A stretch of DNA of 64,000 bases from contig JAVKOQ020000025.1 in NCBI GenBank assembly GCA_031835245.2, positions 62,001-126,000 on the forward strand, in the 5' to 3' direction. Positions 20,518 through 32,743 of this stretch are shown here, one piece after another. Each line of letters begins with the position of its first letter. Positions within the stretch are counted from its first letter, which is position 1. Position numbers and translations under genes: made by a program. Source of the DNA: Balamuthia mandrillaris. Its lineage: Eukaryota. The notes below the pieces were generated by a model that saw only the letters and a program-made list of their open reading frames with translations, was not told the DNA's origin and searched no databases.

Positions 20518-23500
20518 TCAATCTTCTGCTTGTGCGAGGGCGACGACGCCGCCGAGAAGAACGTCAGCTGAAGCCGTGCTGAGGACCGCAAGCGGCGGCG
20601 CTGACAGCAGCGTACCCTCTGCTGTTGATCCTCTTGGTCCGCTCTGCTGCTTCTTCCTCGTTTGTGTTTGCGCATTGTCCGCCAGGTGAAACGAAGGGAG
20701 AAGATGCGACGCATCGTAAAGGCAGCGGAACGAGGAGATGTGCCATGGATTGCTGAGCTTCTGCACTTTTAGCCGAATGTACCCTCGCGTCGTTGAAAAA
20801 GAAGAAGCAAAAGTGGAAGAAGAAGATGAAGACGAAGAAGAAGAGCGAACCAACACTCGCACTTCATGCCACGAATCTATTTCGACGTCCGTCTCGAGTT
20901 CTCTCAAGTCGATGGGGGCTATGCTTCCCAACAAACGAAAATTGGGAGCAGCAGATGGGGAAGAGGGAGGAAGATGATGATGCCGGAAGAAAGTTGTTCT
21001 CGGTTGAAAACAGGACAAAGAGAGTTCTTCGCATCTGCCCAAATAAAACGTTTCGTTCCAAACGAGAGAATAATGAGCATGATGAGAGTGTCGATGATGT
21101 GACGCTTTGTTGTTGCTGTCGTTTTCTTTGTTATCATCTTCCTTTTGTAGATTGGTTACTGTGGAAGTCGTTCGCGTTGTTGTTGTTGTTGTTGTGAGTT
21201 GTTCAAGTGCTTGTTGGGAAGAAGGACGAAGAAAAATCTGGGGTAATGGAGAATAAGCAGAATGTTGAGAATGTAGATTCGTATTGACGGTGGCATCTTC
21301 CAACAGAGAACGTCCGCTTAGTTCGCAAAATACTTGTGTGGCGCACATGTCTCTTGCTTCCACTACTGTAACCATCGTATCTACCCAATACTCTTCCTCT
21401 TTCACTTCATCTTCCTCTTCTATTCGTTGCTCTTGTTCGTCGTCTGCTTGTTGCTTCTCCTCCTCTTCTCCTTTTCCTTCTTCCTCTTTTTCTCTTTCTT
21501 CTACTGCGTCCTGTTCGGTTTCGTTCTCGTTATCATCATGGACGTTATAAGGACTGATCCATACTTCCTCTTCCAAACAAGCATCAACGAGAGGTAATGA
21601 AGAAGAAGAAGCCCACGATAACATGTCTCCCACTGTACAATTTTCTACGAATTCGCTGCAACACCATTCAGCTTCCTCATCCTTTACTTCGTCTGTTATT
21701 TTTGGCTGATGTGGAGGAGCTAACAAACCGAAACGATCAAGTATCCAACCAACGTTCTCTGCGCTAAAGTAACGAGCGAGTTCATCCTCTAGTTTCTCTT
21801 TGTTCTTCCTCCGTTTTCTTTCGTCTCCTTCCGCCGGTTGGTGATCGTTTTGCCAAGAAGCTAATTTCTTCATCATCAAAGCGTGAAATGGTTTCTTTTC
21901 TCTACGAAAAGAAGCACTTAGAGAAGATGAGGAAGAGGATGAAGAAGCAGGTATCAATGCTAATAATTCCATTTGAGATTCTAGTTGAAGATGACGACCG
22001 ATTATTTGTTGAAGAGAATGCATCATAAAGGGTGTTCGTTCGACTTGAAGATGGCGAGCGTAAATGCGTATGCGGCTCCTCCATTTCCTGTTGTACAAAT
22101 ATCTCCTGGTTGATGGAAGCAAGAATTAACAAAGAAGCAACCCTTCAAAACAAAAACATTTTGAGCTCTACGAACCCTAAAGGCCGCAAAACCATTCCTT
22201 TGGAAGAGGAGATCCAAACAAAGACGTGATCCATCAAATCTTCGACGCATCGCCAGCTGTTTTCTTCCTCTTCCCATTCCATCTCTTGCTCAACACTATT
22301 GTTATTCTTACATTCTTTTTCGTCCCCGCTGTTAGTACCTTCTTCGTCTTGTTCCTTTTTAACTATTGTAGTTCCTAAATGCAGACTGGAATTTTTTCTT
22401 CCTGTCAAGTGCTCTTTTCTTCGTTGAAGAGTCGGATAAGATCGTGAAGTTCGTTCCAAACGTTTTAGCGTTTGATCTGGTTGCTTTATCTCTTTTTGCC
22501 GTTCTTTCAAAAACGTCTCAAATGTATCTTTCCAACTATACAACGCAGAAGAAGTAGAAGATTCAGTCATTGCTAGTACTTCTTTCGGTCGTATGAATAT
22601 TCCACAACGAACAAAAGCGGGAGAAGGAATTGCATCTAGAGATGAAGAAGGGTTAACGAGTTGAAGGTAGGTTTCGGTTTGAGCTTTGGTGAGAGACCAT
22701 AAGCAGATGTCTCCTGTTTGAAGCCGTTTTATAGCGTCTGTGTAAGAAGCAATTACTTGGTGTGTTCTTCTGTTGGTGCTGTTTCTTCTGTCATAACTAC
22801 TGATGTTACAATCTATAATATAGCCCCAAGTAGCTGGCACTGTTGTTGTTGGTTACGTTGAGAAATATGACAAAAAAAACAAAAAAAAAAAAGAAAGAAT
22901 GAAGGATACCGTTAATAGCTTTGTTTGTCTTTTGCATGAAAGGCAGCTTTCTAAGATACTCATTATCCGTCTCAAAAGCAGGCATCATCAACTTCTTTCC
23001 TTCAAATTCCTCTTTTCTCTCTTCGTTATCCCGAAGTAAAGCAGTTGATGACAAAGAAGGACGAAGAGAAGCATGACGATGTTGAGCATCGCTACTGTTG
23101 TTCGTTGTCGGGTCTTGTGCCTGTGCTTGTTCTTCTTGGCGATGCAAACGAAGAAGCATGGCTTGAATCCTCTCTTCTAACGCCATTTCCACTTTCTTCA
23201 CTTCCATTGGACTGAGCGACATCCATCGCAAGTAAAACGAACTCCACAACCTTCGTCCATACCATTTGTTTGCTTCCATCGGAACTATACAATCGCTTAA
23301 TGATGAAGTTGGAGAAGGCCGGAAATGAGGGTTGAGAAAGAGAGAACGATTCGCTTCAACAGAGTCCCAAAGCGAAAGAGTTCGATGAGCTATACCGGAA
23401 CGTTGTCTATCCCTTTCGGAGTTGCCCAAAAAGTCGCCAAACTGTCCTTCATAGAGAGAGTCCGCAAGAAAGAGAAGAAGGGTATCATTGAACTCAAAGA

Positions 23501-26500
23501 AAAAGGGAAACTGTTGGAGCAATTGCCAAACGCAGTCAAGAAATTGTAGAAAAATTGGACTTTGTTTTCTTTGCAAGCTTCCGCTAATCCCTCCATGTCC
23601 TTTGTAGAATGAAATGAGAGGAGAGCAGAGAGAACAAAGAGCGAAAATAAAATAAGAAAGGTACCACATCGGAGGTGAAATTGATGGCCATAACAAAGCC
23701 AATCCTTTTCTATAAGCATGTGAAACCCTTCCATAGTTCTGTAGTGTGGGTCTAACATGAGTTGCATCTTGGTTTTTGAAACGAAAATGTAAGTTTAAGT
23801 GCTTTGAACGATGTGAGAAGGGAACAGTTTACCAATGAACACAGTTGCGTTGTTCGATCCCATCCGTCTCTGTTGTTGAAAGAAGCGGTAAATGACCAGA
23901 CAAGCCCAACGAAAGAAACCAGACGACAAACAAAGAAGATAAGCACTCAAAACGCGAAAGTAACAGAACATTTGAAATAGTAAACAATCAATAAATCATA
24001 CGTGCAGTGAACCAGGTAAGATAAACGATGATCTCTCATTTGAGCAACAGCGCAAGCAGCTCCCATCAACAATCGGTAACAATGAGCGAACCACTCAATA
24101 CTTTCTTCTTGCAGTAACTTCTTCAAACTGTCCACAGAAAATACGGACGATGAATTGAGAGACGGTGTTCTGTTGAAGATATTGTTGCCTACCACATCTG
24201 TTTCAGGCGCATTTGAAGGATTGTTGCTCTTCGTTGTCGTTGTAAACGCTCTTCCCTTCTTCTTGTCTCGTATCTGTTCCTTTTCCTTTCCCTTTTGTGA
24301 CTCTTCACGTTTTTCGTCTACCTCTTTTTCCTCTTGTACTTCTTCAGAAGCACTTCGTAGTCGTCCTCTTAGACTAGCCCATTTACCGTACATCCAATCC
24401 CATCCCCATTGCTTTGTTTCTTGGTGTTCTTCTACTTCAGTTCTTTCCTTTTGCTTCAACTCGTTTTGTGCTGTCGGTTCTCTATCTTCTTCAGAAGAAG
24501 GTGAAGCAATAGTTTCCTTCACACTACCACTCCAGCTTCTTCTTCGCTGGTGCCGAGAATTCATGGTAGAAGCCGGAGGAGCAAGCAATGAAGCAGTCAT
24601 TGATGCTGATGAAGAAGGAGCAGAAAGATGAAAAGAAACAGTCGAGTCTTGGATCAGCGGTTCCATCAACTGTTCCTCCTTGCTCTCGATCACCGCCAAA
24701 AGGAAATCCTGAAACTTGAAGAAGCTTTCGCGAATGCGGTGGACGTTTGGACAACCCAAAAACTGAACTTGTCTCACGTTGTTGTACTGCGAGGTTCGTT
24801 CGTAACCTCCTCCTTTCGCTCTGTTCAGCAAAGCATTCATTCGTGGTCGAGCGTCGAGAATGACGAGAGTGCGTTGATAGGAATGATGGGGAGATGGTGG
24901 TGGGGTTATGATATGTTGAACAAGTTTTTCGTCTTCCACACATCTGTTACCTGTTTTGTGATTACGTTAAAGGTAAGAAGCAACCGAGGAAGGGCGGAAG
25001 AGAATGACATGATGATATAGGGAAGGAAGCAGAGGAGAAGAAGAAGAAGAAGAAGAAGAACAAGAAGAAGAACAAGAAGAACAAGAAGAAGAGGAAGAAC
25101 AACAACAACAACAACAAGCGCTAGACGGATGCAAAGTACCAAGTAAACCAGAGAGAGGTTGGCTGGAGCGACAAAGAGCAACGCCAGTTTTGACGTCCAG
25201 CCATACCAAAACGGGGATTCTGCTCTTCTGTCTATACTTTGCCACTTGCCAAAGCTCAGCATCCGCTATAGCAGCTGGTACCACTAATAAAGGAGGATAA
25301 GAGGGACAGAGCTCAAAGTTGGAGTTGATGCTTGTGATTCTCCATTGCGGAGACGCGCTTGCTTCTTCTTCTTTTTTTGCTAACGATAATGACGACGGTG
25401 AAGTGATGTTGAAACGGTGAAGGCATTCTTGTAAAAGATTGTATTGACGATGCTGTGCAGTTGTTTGCCATTCTGTTGGCAGTATTGGATTTACCTTTAC
25501 AAAATAAGAAGAGTCAGAAGTGTGGTAAAGATGACAAAAGAGGAGGAGGAAGAGGGGGAGGAGGAGAAGGAGAAGAAGAAGAACAAGAACAAGAAGAAGA
25601 ACAAGAACAAGAATAAGAACAATAATAACAAGAAGAAAAACAAGACCAAGACAAGAACAAGAAACAAGAAGAAAGGAGAAAGCATAGGGATGGAGACGTC
25701 CAACCTCTTTCAAAACTGCTTCGTGAAAGGCCAACGCGAAAAGGTGCTGCTGCACGATTGCACCCATCACCGCATTGTACACCTGTTCCAACAGCGTTGC
25801 CTTCTGCCCTTTCTTCCTCGTCGCCGACAGCAAAGGAAAGTGAAGCAGCAGCACGCGAACGTCCTTTAGGCGAACAACGAGCCGCCTCCTCTCTCTCTGC
25901 AGGTGCATGGAGTGAATGGTCCGCAGTGGTAGACTTTTGTTGGAGTGCAGAAAGAGAGAGGAAGAAGGAGAAGAAGAAGAAGAAGAAGTGCGAAAGAAGA
26001 GACGAAAGTTGGTGAGGAATAAAGTGCAGGAACAAAAGGACAGAGAGAAGAAACAACGAGAGGAAGGCGATGGTGGAGAAGACGAAGAAGAAGCAGCAGC
26101 AGAGAGAGAAGGCAAAGGAGGAGGAGGTGCAGAAAGAGGAGCAGCTGCCACCCAAGGAGCAACGGGAGAAGAGGGAGAAGAGGAAGAGGAAGACGAAGGA
26201 GGAACAGGCGATGAAGAGGACGAAGCGTTGAGAAACAGAAATTCGTCCGAGTAAGATCGTTTGTGTTTCTTCTCTCTTGCTATGCCCTGCTTCTCCTTCT
26301 TTGGCTGTTGTGGTGCTAGCAGCAGTCGTTCTTTCTTTGCTTCGTCTCCGTCTCCTCCTCTCGCTTTATGTGCTACCTTCACTTCGTTTGTGTCGACACA
26401 TTGATCCTTATCCTCCTCTCCTTCTTTCTTTGCTGTAGTTGTTCTTGAAGGAGAAGAAGAAGAAGAAGAAGAAGAAGAAGGAGGAGGAGGAGGAGGAGGA

Positions 26501-26700
26501 CTTGGATGATGCTGGTGAATAAGTGGAGAGCAGATGTAAATGTCAGAGAAGGTGGAGAGGAGGACCTCGCCAGGCAGCAGGGTCAAAGCAGCGCATGAGG
26601 AGAAGGAGGAGGAGGGTGTGGACCATCCTTGCTGCAGTCCAAAGGGGAGGCGAGGCTGATCCTTGCAAAAGGCTTCCACGAACCATGGTTCTTTCATCAC
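20518..26700 (-). CDS. Myotubularin-family phosphoinositide phosphatase with long C-terminal extension ending in a C2 domain, multi-exon
   Basis: PH-GRAM-like [55 protein letters not shown]; spliced active site [48 protein letters not shown]-terminal VTVVEARD...VWNETF...LLGSI...WH...GYIRLKVQ is C2-like. Continuity into 22840-20518 is inferred from plausible splice sites. Confidence 0.85.
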
Positions 26701-27080
26701 AAAGCTATTTGTTTTGGGGTTTGTTGTTCCTTTATTGAGATTTTTTCCATCACGTTTTCCTGATTTAGATTCACGATCTCGCGGTTGGCCAATAAAAAAT
26801 CAAAAAAATGAAATTCTTTACCCTAAATGGTAAAATTGTAGACCAAATGATCGTCGACACAATAACTTTCCTACTAAATCAAACATGCTTCTCCTAGGCG
26901 TCGAACGCGAGGCAGATGAATTTAAAAAAACAGTTTTGCCAGCATCGGGTGTCGAACCCACGTTGTCGACAAAAAAGAAACCTCAATAAAAATAAATAAA
27001 TAAAAATAAATAAATAAAAAGAAAAAGAAAAGAAAAGAGAAGAAAAGAAAGAAAGGACAACACCAACGGAACTGTGACAA

Positions 27081-27520
27081 ATGGACATGCTGGCAGAGTC
27101 CTCCGCAGGGATGGGCTTCGTCTTCGAGGACCCCATCTCCATGGAGATCATGGAGGACGCCGTGATAGCCCCCTGCGGCCACTCCTTCAGCAAGCTCACC
27201 ATAGAGGACTGGCTCTCCAAGAAGGGCAAGTGCCCTTGCTGCCTGGAGCCCCTGCAGGCCCGCGAGCTGAAGCCCAACTACGTCCTGAGGGAGGCCATCG
27301 GCAAGTACGTGGCGGCGCAGGAGAAGAAGGAGAAGCGGAAGAAGGAGCTGGAGCAGCAGCTACAGAGCGGAGGAGGGAGCAGCAGCGGCAGTGGTAGTAG
27401 TCCTTCTGCTGGCCAGGTTTGCTTGTTTTCTTCGTCGTTCTCTTCTCTTCTCTTCTCTTTCGTCGTTTCTCTTTCACTTTCTCTTTCTCTTTCTCTTTCG
27501 TCGTTTCTCTTTCTCTTTCG

Positions 27521-27561
<41 letters not shown>

Positions 27562-29798
27562 TTGCTCCGTTCTCAAATTATTTGCTACGCAGAAGAGCAG
27601 ACGAAGGGGATCAGGCATAAGCACCTTGCCGCAAGCGGTGGAGCTGAAGCGCTCTCTCTCCGAGCGGGAGGCGGAGCAACTCTTGGAAGAGGCCATGGAG
27701 CGGCATGCAGAAAAGAGAAAGGAAATGCTCAAAGGAAAGGACTCCAAAAAGCAGTGGAAGAAAGACTTGAAGAAGGTAGATACTTTGCATTGTTGTTTTC
27801 TTCTCATTGCTCATTTCTTATTTACTACCTCCTTCTTGTTCTTCTTGTTCTTCTCCTTCCTTGCTCTTCTTCATGTCCTTCTTCTCCGTTTGCGTTCTAT
27901 GAGCTCATTTTTTTTCTCCTCTTTGTTCTTCTTCATTCACAGCTCAAGTCAACTGTAAACAAGAAAAATGTAAACCAACCCGTCAACGAGAAGACTGGAC
28001 AAACCCATCTTCACATCGAGTGCATCAAGAACGATCCCAACGATGCCATTGTATCTTATCTGCTCTCGGTGGGAGCAAACGTGAACGCCACAGACAAAGA
28101 CGGTTGGACGTCGTTACATGCCCTTGCCAAGTCTGCTGGTTGCGACGATGACCTCCCTCTCTTTCATATGTTAGGTGCGTATACGTTTCTTTTTTGTTGA
28201 ACATCTCTTTTGTCGCTCTCTCTATCTTTATTCCTTTTGTATTTGTTATAACTGCGTTTGCAGTGGAGGCAGGCGGAGATGTCGGCGCTTCAACCAAAGA
28301 CGGCACCACGGTGCTGCACTACGTGGCCCAACGCAAGCCCAACACTCCCCAAGAGCTCGAGTACACGGAGAATATCATCCGCTATCTCCGTCGCTGCAAA
28401 GCCAACTTCAACGCAGCAAACGCCCAAAAGGAGACGCCCTTACATCACGCCGTCATGAAGGCCAACGCAGCTATGGTCAAGATGATCTTGGCTAATGGAG
28501 GAGACCTCTCCCTTCGAAACCAACAGGGAGCCACAGCCTTGCACTTTGCGGTCATGTCCCAAAATGTGGAGGTGGTTAAGCTGTTGTTGAGTTTGGGAAT
28601 GGATCCAATGGAGACGATGTTTGTTGGAGGGAAGGGCAAGATACAGACGCAGAAGACGGTGGTGGACATCGCGAAGGAGGCTGGCACCGGAGCGAACGGC
28701 AAAGAAATCATTTCTTTATTGGAAGGTTCGGTTTTTGATTGTAGTTTATTCTCCTTCTTCTTCTTCTTCTTCTTCTTCTTCTTCTTCTTCTTCTTCTTCT
28801 TCTTCTTCTTCTTCTTCTTCTTTCTTCTTCGTCTTGTTTTTTTTTCCTTTGCATTTGTTTTGCTTTTGTTTTTTTGCCTTTTCGCTTTTGTTCTCTTTGT
28901 TTTTATAACTTTTTCTGCTTCGATACAAATAGCGGAGTGCGTAGCAAGAGGTCTGGTAGTAATATGCCAACTCTGCGACGGGCAGGGCCATGAAGCGAAA
29001 AACTGTCCTAAGTTTGGCGGCACTCAACAGCAACAACAACCACAACAACCTCCCATGCAATGCCAATGGTGCTTTGGTTGGGGTCATTCCGCTCAATATT
29101 GTCCTCAACGAATGGGCGCTGTCAGCGGAGGCACGGCCATGTACCCACCTCAGCAACAACATCCACCACAAGGAGCACCACCACCAGGTTGGTCGCCTTA
29201 TGGTGGAACGGCTCCTCCTCCTTATGGCCATCATCCAGCTGGTGGCTACATGCCTTATCCTGCTGCTTCGTCCGCTCCTCCAGTGACCCCTTCTTCACAA
29301 GGGGGTTCATCTGCTGCTGTCTCTCCGCCATCTTCGGGAGGAGCTGCAGCCCCTTCTACTGGCGCACCATCTTCAGGAACAGGCAGTAGCGATGGCTTCT
29401 CCTCCTCCTCCTCTTCCGCTTCTACTACTGTATCTTCTCCTCCTTCCTCTTCTGTATCTTCTCCTCCAGCCACTTCAAGTGCGGCGCCACCACAAGCATA
29501 CCAACAAGCGTATCTGTATTACCAGCAACAATACCAATATCCTTATTATCCCCCACAACAATGGTACGCGCCGCCGCCGCAGCAACAGGGATATCCGCCT
29601 CAATACCCTCACCCTCCTGCAATGCCGCCGCAACAACAACAACAATACCCACAAGCTGTTTCCTCCTCTTCCTCCACCTTTTCATCGTCAGCCTCATCTG
29701 CCACCACTGCTGTTGCTGCATGGAATCCGTTTGGCGATGATAGTAACAACAGCCAGACGCCTCCCGCTTCAACAGGAAGTGCTCCTTCTTCCCAGTAA
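27081..29798 (+). CDS. U-box plus ankyrin repeats plus two CCHC zinc knuckles plus P/Q/Y-rich tail, multi-exon
   Basis: DPISMEIMEDAVIAPCGHSF...PNYVLREAI (U-box); GANVNATDKDGWTSLH, ETPLHHAV and GATALHFAV (ankyrin); CQLCDGQGHEAKNC and CQWCFGWGHSAQYC (knuckles). Confidence 0.88.
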
Positions 29799-29918
29799 TC
29801 GTTTAAAATAAAACAAACCACAAGTGAAGGAATGCATCGCTCCTAAATGACATTCCACCCGCTTTCTCCTGAGTTAAGCTGGGCCTTCCATAGTGTTTTG
29901 TGCGTTCGTTTAAATTTC

Positions 29919-30772
29919 TCACCTTCGATGTCGTTTCTGCTTCTGCGCAACAAAGAAGGAGCAAGGTCGTCCATCTGAGATGCCTCTTACTTCATCCAAC
30001 AGTATTTCCCATCGCACTTCCTCCTCTTTTTCGTTCCACGCTCTAATCATGGCCGCCAGCTCTCCTTCCTCCAACAAGTGCTTCTTGCTTCTGGGTCGAC
30101 CCCATCGCTCGCTCCCTTCCATAAATGTGTGATACATCAACACTCCGTTCGCCTTCACCATTTCCCCCAAAACTGGCATCAACGGTCGATGCAAGTACCG
30201 AGCTACATTCACCAAATCGAACTGCTCCTTCCAGGACCGGAGCAAACTCTCTCCTTCTCCTCCTTCTTTTTCAATGTCCTGGCAAGCGAGTGTTTCCAGG
30301 CGATCCTCCACGCCATGGTCTCTGGCAAAGAGGCGCAGCCGATCCAAGTGGCGTTGGATGTAGTCCACCCCACTGACCTTCCATCGACCGCGCATCGCAA
30401 GGAAGACCACATCGCGACCGCCTCCACATGCTATGTCAATTGCTCTCCAGAAAGAAGATGACGAAGAGGAAGCAGCAGGATCTTTCTGTTGAAGTAACTC
30501 TTCTACGCGAGAGATCATGTCGCCGAGAAGAGGAGAAGGCAACCATAAGGTCTTTGTTTTCATGCCTTCTTCTATCCATTCTGTCACAGATGCTCTCTCC
30601 ACTTTCTCTTCTTCGTCGTTGTTCTCTTCTTCGTCATCGTCTCCGGGAAGAGTGAGACAATAGGCTGGGTTGATGAGGTACCCGATGTCTTTGAGGGTGG
30701 CTGTGGCCTCCTCAACTTGTTGGCGGCTACCCACCAAACCCAATTCTGTGTGCTAAAGGATAGAAAGTTAAA

Positions 30773-30813
<41 letters not shown>

Positions 30814-31051
30814 GAACAAGAGAGGAAGAAACAAGAGGAAGAGGAAGAGGAAGAGGAAGAGGAAGAGGAAGAGGAAGAGAAGAGGAAGAGGAAGAGGAAG
30901 AGGAAGAGGAAGAGGAAGAGGAAGAGGAAGAGGAAGAGGAAGAGGAAGAGGAAGAGGAAGAGGAAGAGGAAGAGGAAGAGGGGCAAAGAGAGAACAAGAG
31001 AGAGAGAGAGAGAGAGAGACAGGAAGAGGGAGCAAAGCGAGAACAAGAGAG

Positions 31052-31088
<37 letters not shown>

Positions 31089-31479
31089 AACGAAGAGGAA
31101 GAAAAAGATAGGGAAGACGAAAGCGAACGGCTTACTCGTGGTGGAAGCTCGTGCACTGTCGTTATATTGTTGACGTTAGTGACGCGCTTCATTGTTGAAG
31201 AAGAAAGAGGCGCAGAAGGAAACTTACTTCGGTCGTGCAGTTGATGAAAAGGTATGGAAGTGCTTCCTCGCAGGTGTGCCATCGCAAACTCTTGTTGCGG
31301 CCGCAAATCCACCAACGCTCCTCCTAATGTTTCAATACGATTATTTAAGCGTGTTTGTTGCTTTTTTTTAAAAAAAATTCCATACCTTTGCAAAGCCAAG
31401 ATACTACCGCTTCAGAAGCGGCAAGAAGGAGGGAAGAAGGAACTAGCCGGCTTCTGGCTGTGGTGGTGGTGGTGGCCAT
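29919..31479 (-). CDS. Rhodanese-like domain fused to class I SAM-dependent methyltransferase (TehB-like), multi-exon
   Basis: LVDLRPQQEFAMAHLRGSTSIP...HELPP (rhodanese-like); RAIDIACGGGRDVVFLA, VSGVDY and FDLVNVARYLHRPL...GVLMYHTF (methyltransferase). Start uncertain. Confidence 0.8.
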
Positions 31480-31698
31480 CTTTCCTTCTCTCTTTGTTGG
31501 GTGGCGGCTGTTGCCAAATACTATCAACAACGTGGGTTGGCGGCGCCAAAAAGTATCAATTACTATATTTCGGGTCGACCCAAGAAAGGGATTTTGTCGA
31601 CAGTGAAATATGTCGGGTCGACACTAAAGCGGAGCAATGAATTTTTGTCGACGTGAAGATCTCTGCTAGAGATCAGTAGTGATGAGACAAAGAAAAAG

Positions 31699-31802
31699 AC
31701 AACAGGAATGGCCTTTTTATGGTAAGATAAAGCCTCTGTTTTGATTTTTGATTGGTGGTTTGAAACTTTCAGTAACCGATCAAAGCATTGAGCTGCTTTA
31801 GT
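31699..31802. repeat. Dispersed ~104-bp intergenic element, copy B
   Basis: Near-identical to 16004-16107. Confidence 0.9.
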
Positions 31803-32027
31803 CGACACAGAATAACTGGGTTGGACTCCCACACCCTGTCGATGGGCATTCAGAGGGATGGGGGGATTCAATGAGATGGAGCGAAGCTTCGCTCCTGAGG
31901 GGGTACGAAGGAATCGGTCGGGCAACCGATGGCGGCGCAGCCCTTTCCGTTCGGATCGTTGCTGTCACGCCGCCCTCCTCGAAAATCTGGGAGTGACTAG
32001 TCTCCGGAGGAGCATGTTGATGGGGAA

Positions 32028-32703
32028 ATGACCAGACAGCGCTGCACGGTTGTGGTCTTGGCCTTCCTATGGACCTTGTTTGTTTTGTGGACAGGCCGCC
32101 CAGAGAGGAGCTCAGACGCCTCTACCTATCAAGCAACTTCCGTGCAACTACAAGCCTTAAAGCAGACGCTAAAGAGGTTGTGGCGCGTTCACAAGGACCA
32201 AGACACGGCAATGGGTTCTCGTCGGCCAGAAGGAGGAACTCTACCAAGACGCCTGCTTCTCGGTTCGTTCCTTTCGAAAGCACACCCAACATCAAAACTT
32301 TACCTTGGTCACCGACGAGTTTGGAGTGTCTCTCTTTCGCGGACGAACCCATCGGTGGTGCGAAGGAGCCTTTAATCAGGTCATCAACATCCATGACACC
32401 GACTTTAGAGATGAGGCACGGCGCATCCAGCCGCTCAAGGTTAGGAGCTTTCAACTGTCGCCTTATAGGGCCACAGTGTTTTTGGATCCTGACACGATGG
32501 CTTGTGGAGACGTGGACGAGATGTTCGGCCTTTTGGAGTATCTTGACTTGGCTGCAGCTTACGCTCCAGGTACACCAAAGGTTTTTTTGCTATATAGGCG
32601 TTTTTATGTATCTTACTTTGTGTTCATTCTCGCAACCAAGGTAGAGATCATTGGTGGTGAAGGTCCCATCAAAGCTGTCTTTCCAGAAATAAACACAGGT
32701 TCT

Positions 32704-32743
<40 letters not shown>

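Noticed and set aside
31560..31660. CRISPR-like spaced repeats (GTCGAC units)
   Set aside because: The repeats are only 6-10 nt with irregular spacing, there are no cas genes, and the context is eukaryotic.
31965..32012. HDV-like ribozyme suggested by CCTCCTCG
   Set aside because: The flanking P3/P1 pairings needed for the nested pseudoknot are absent.
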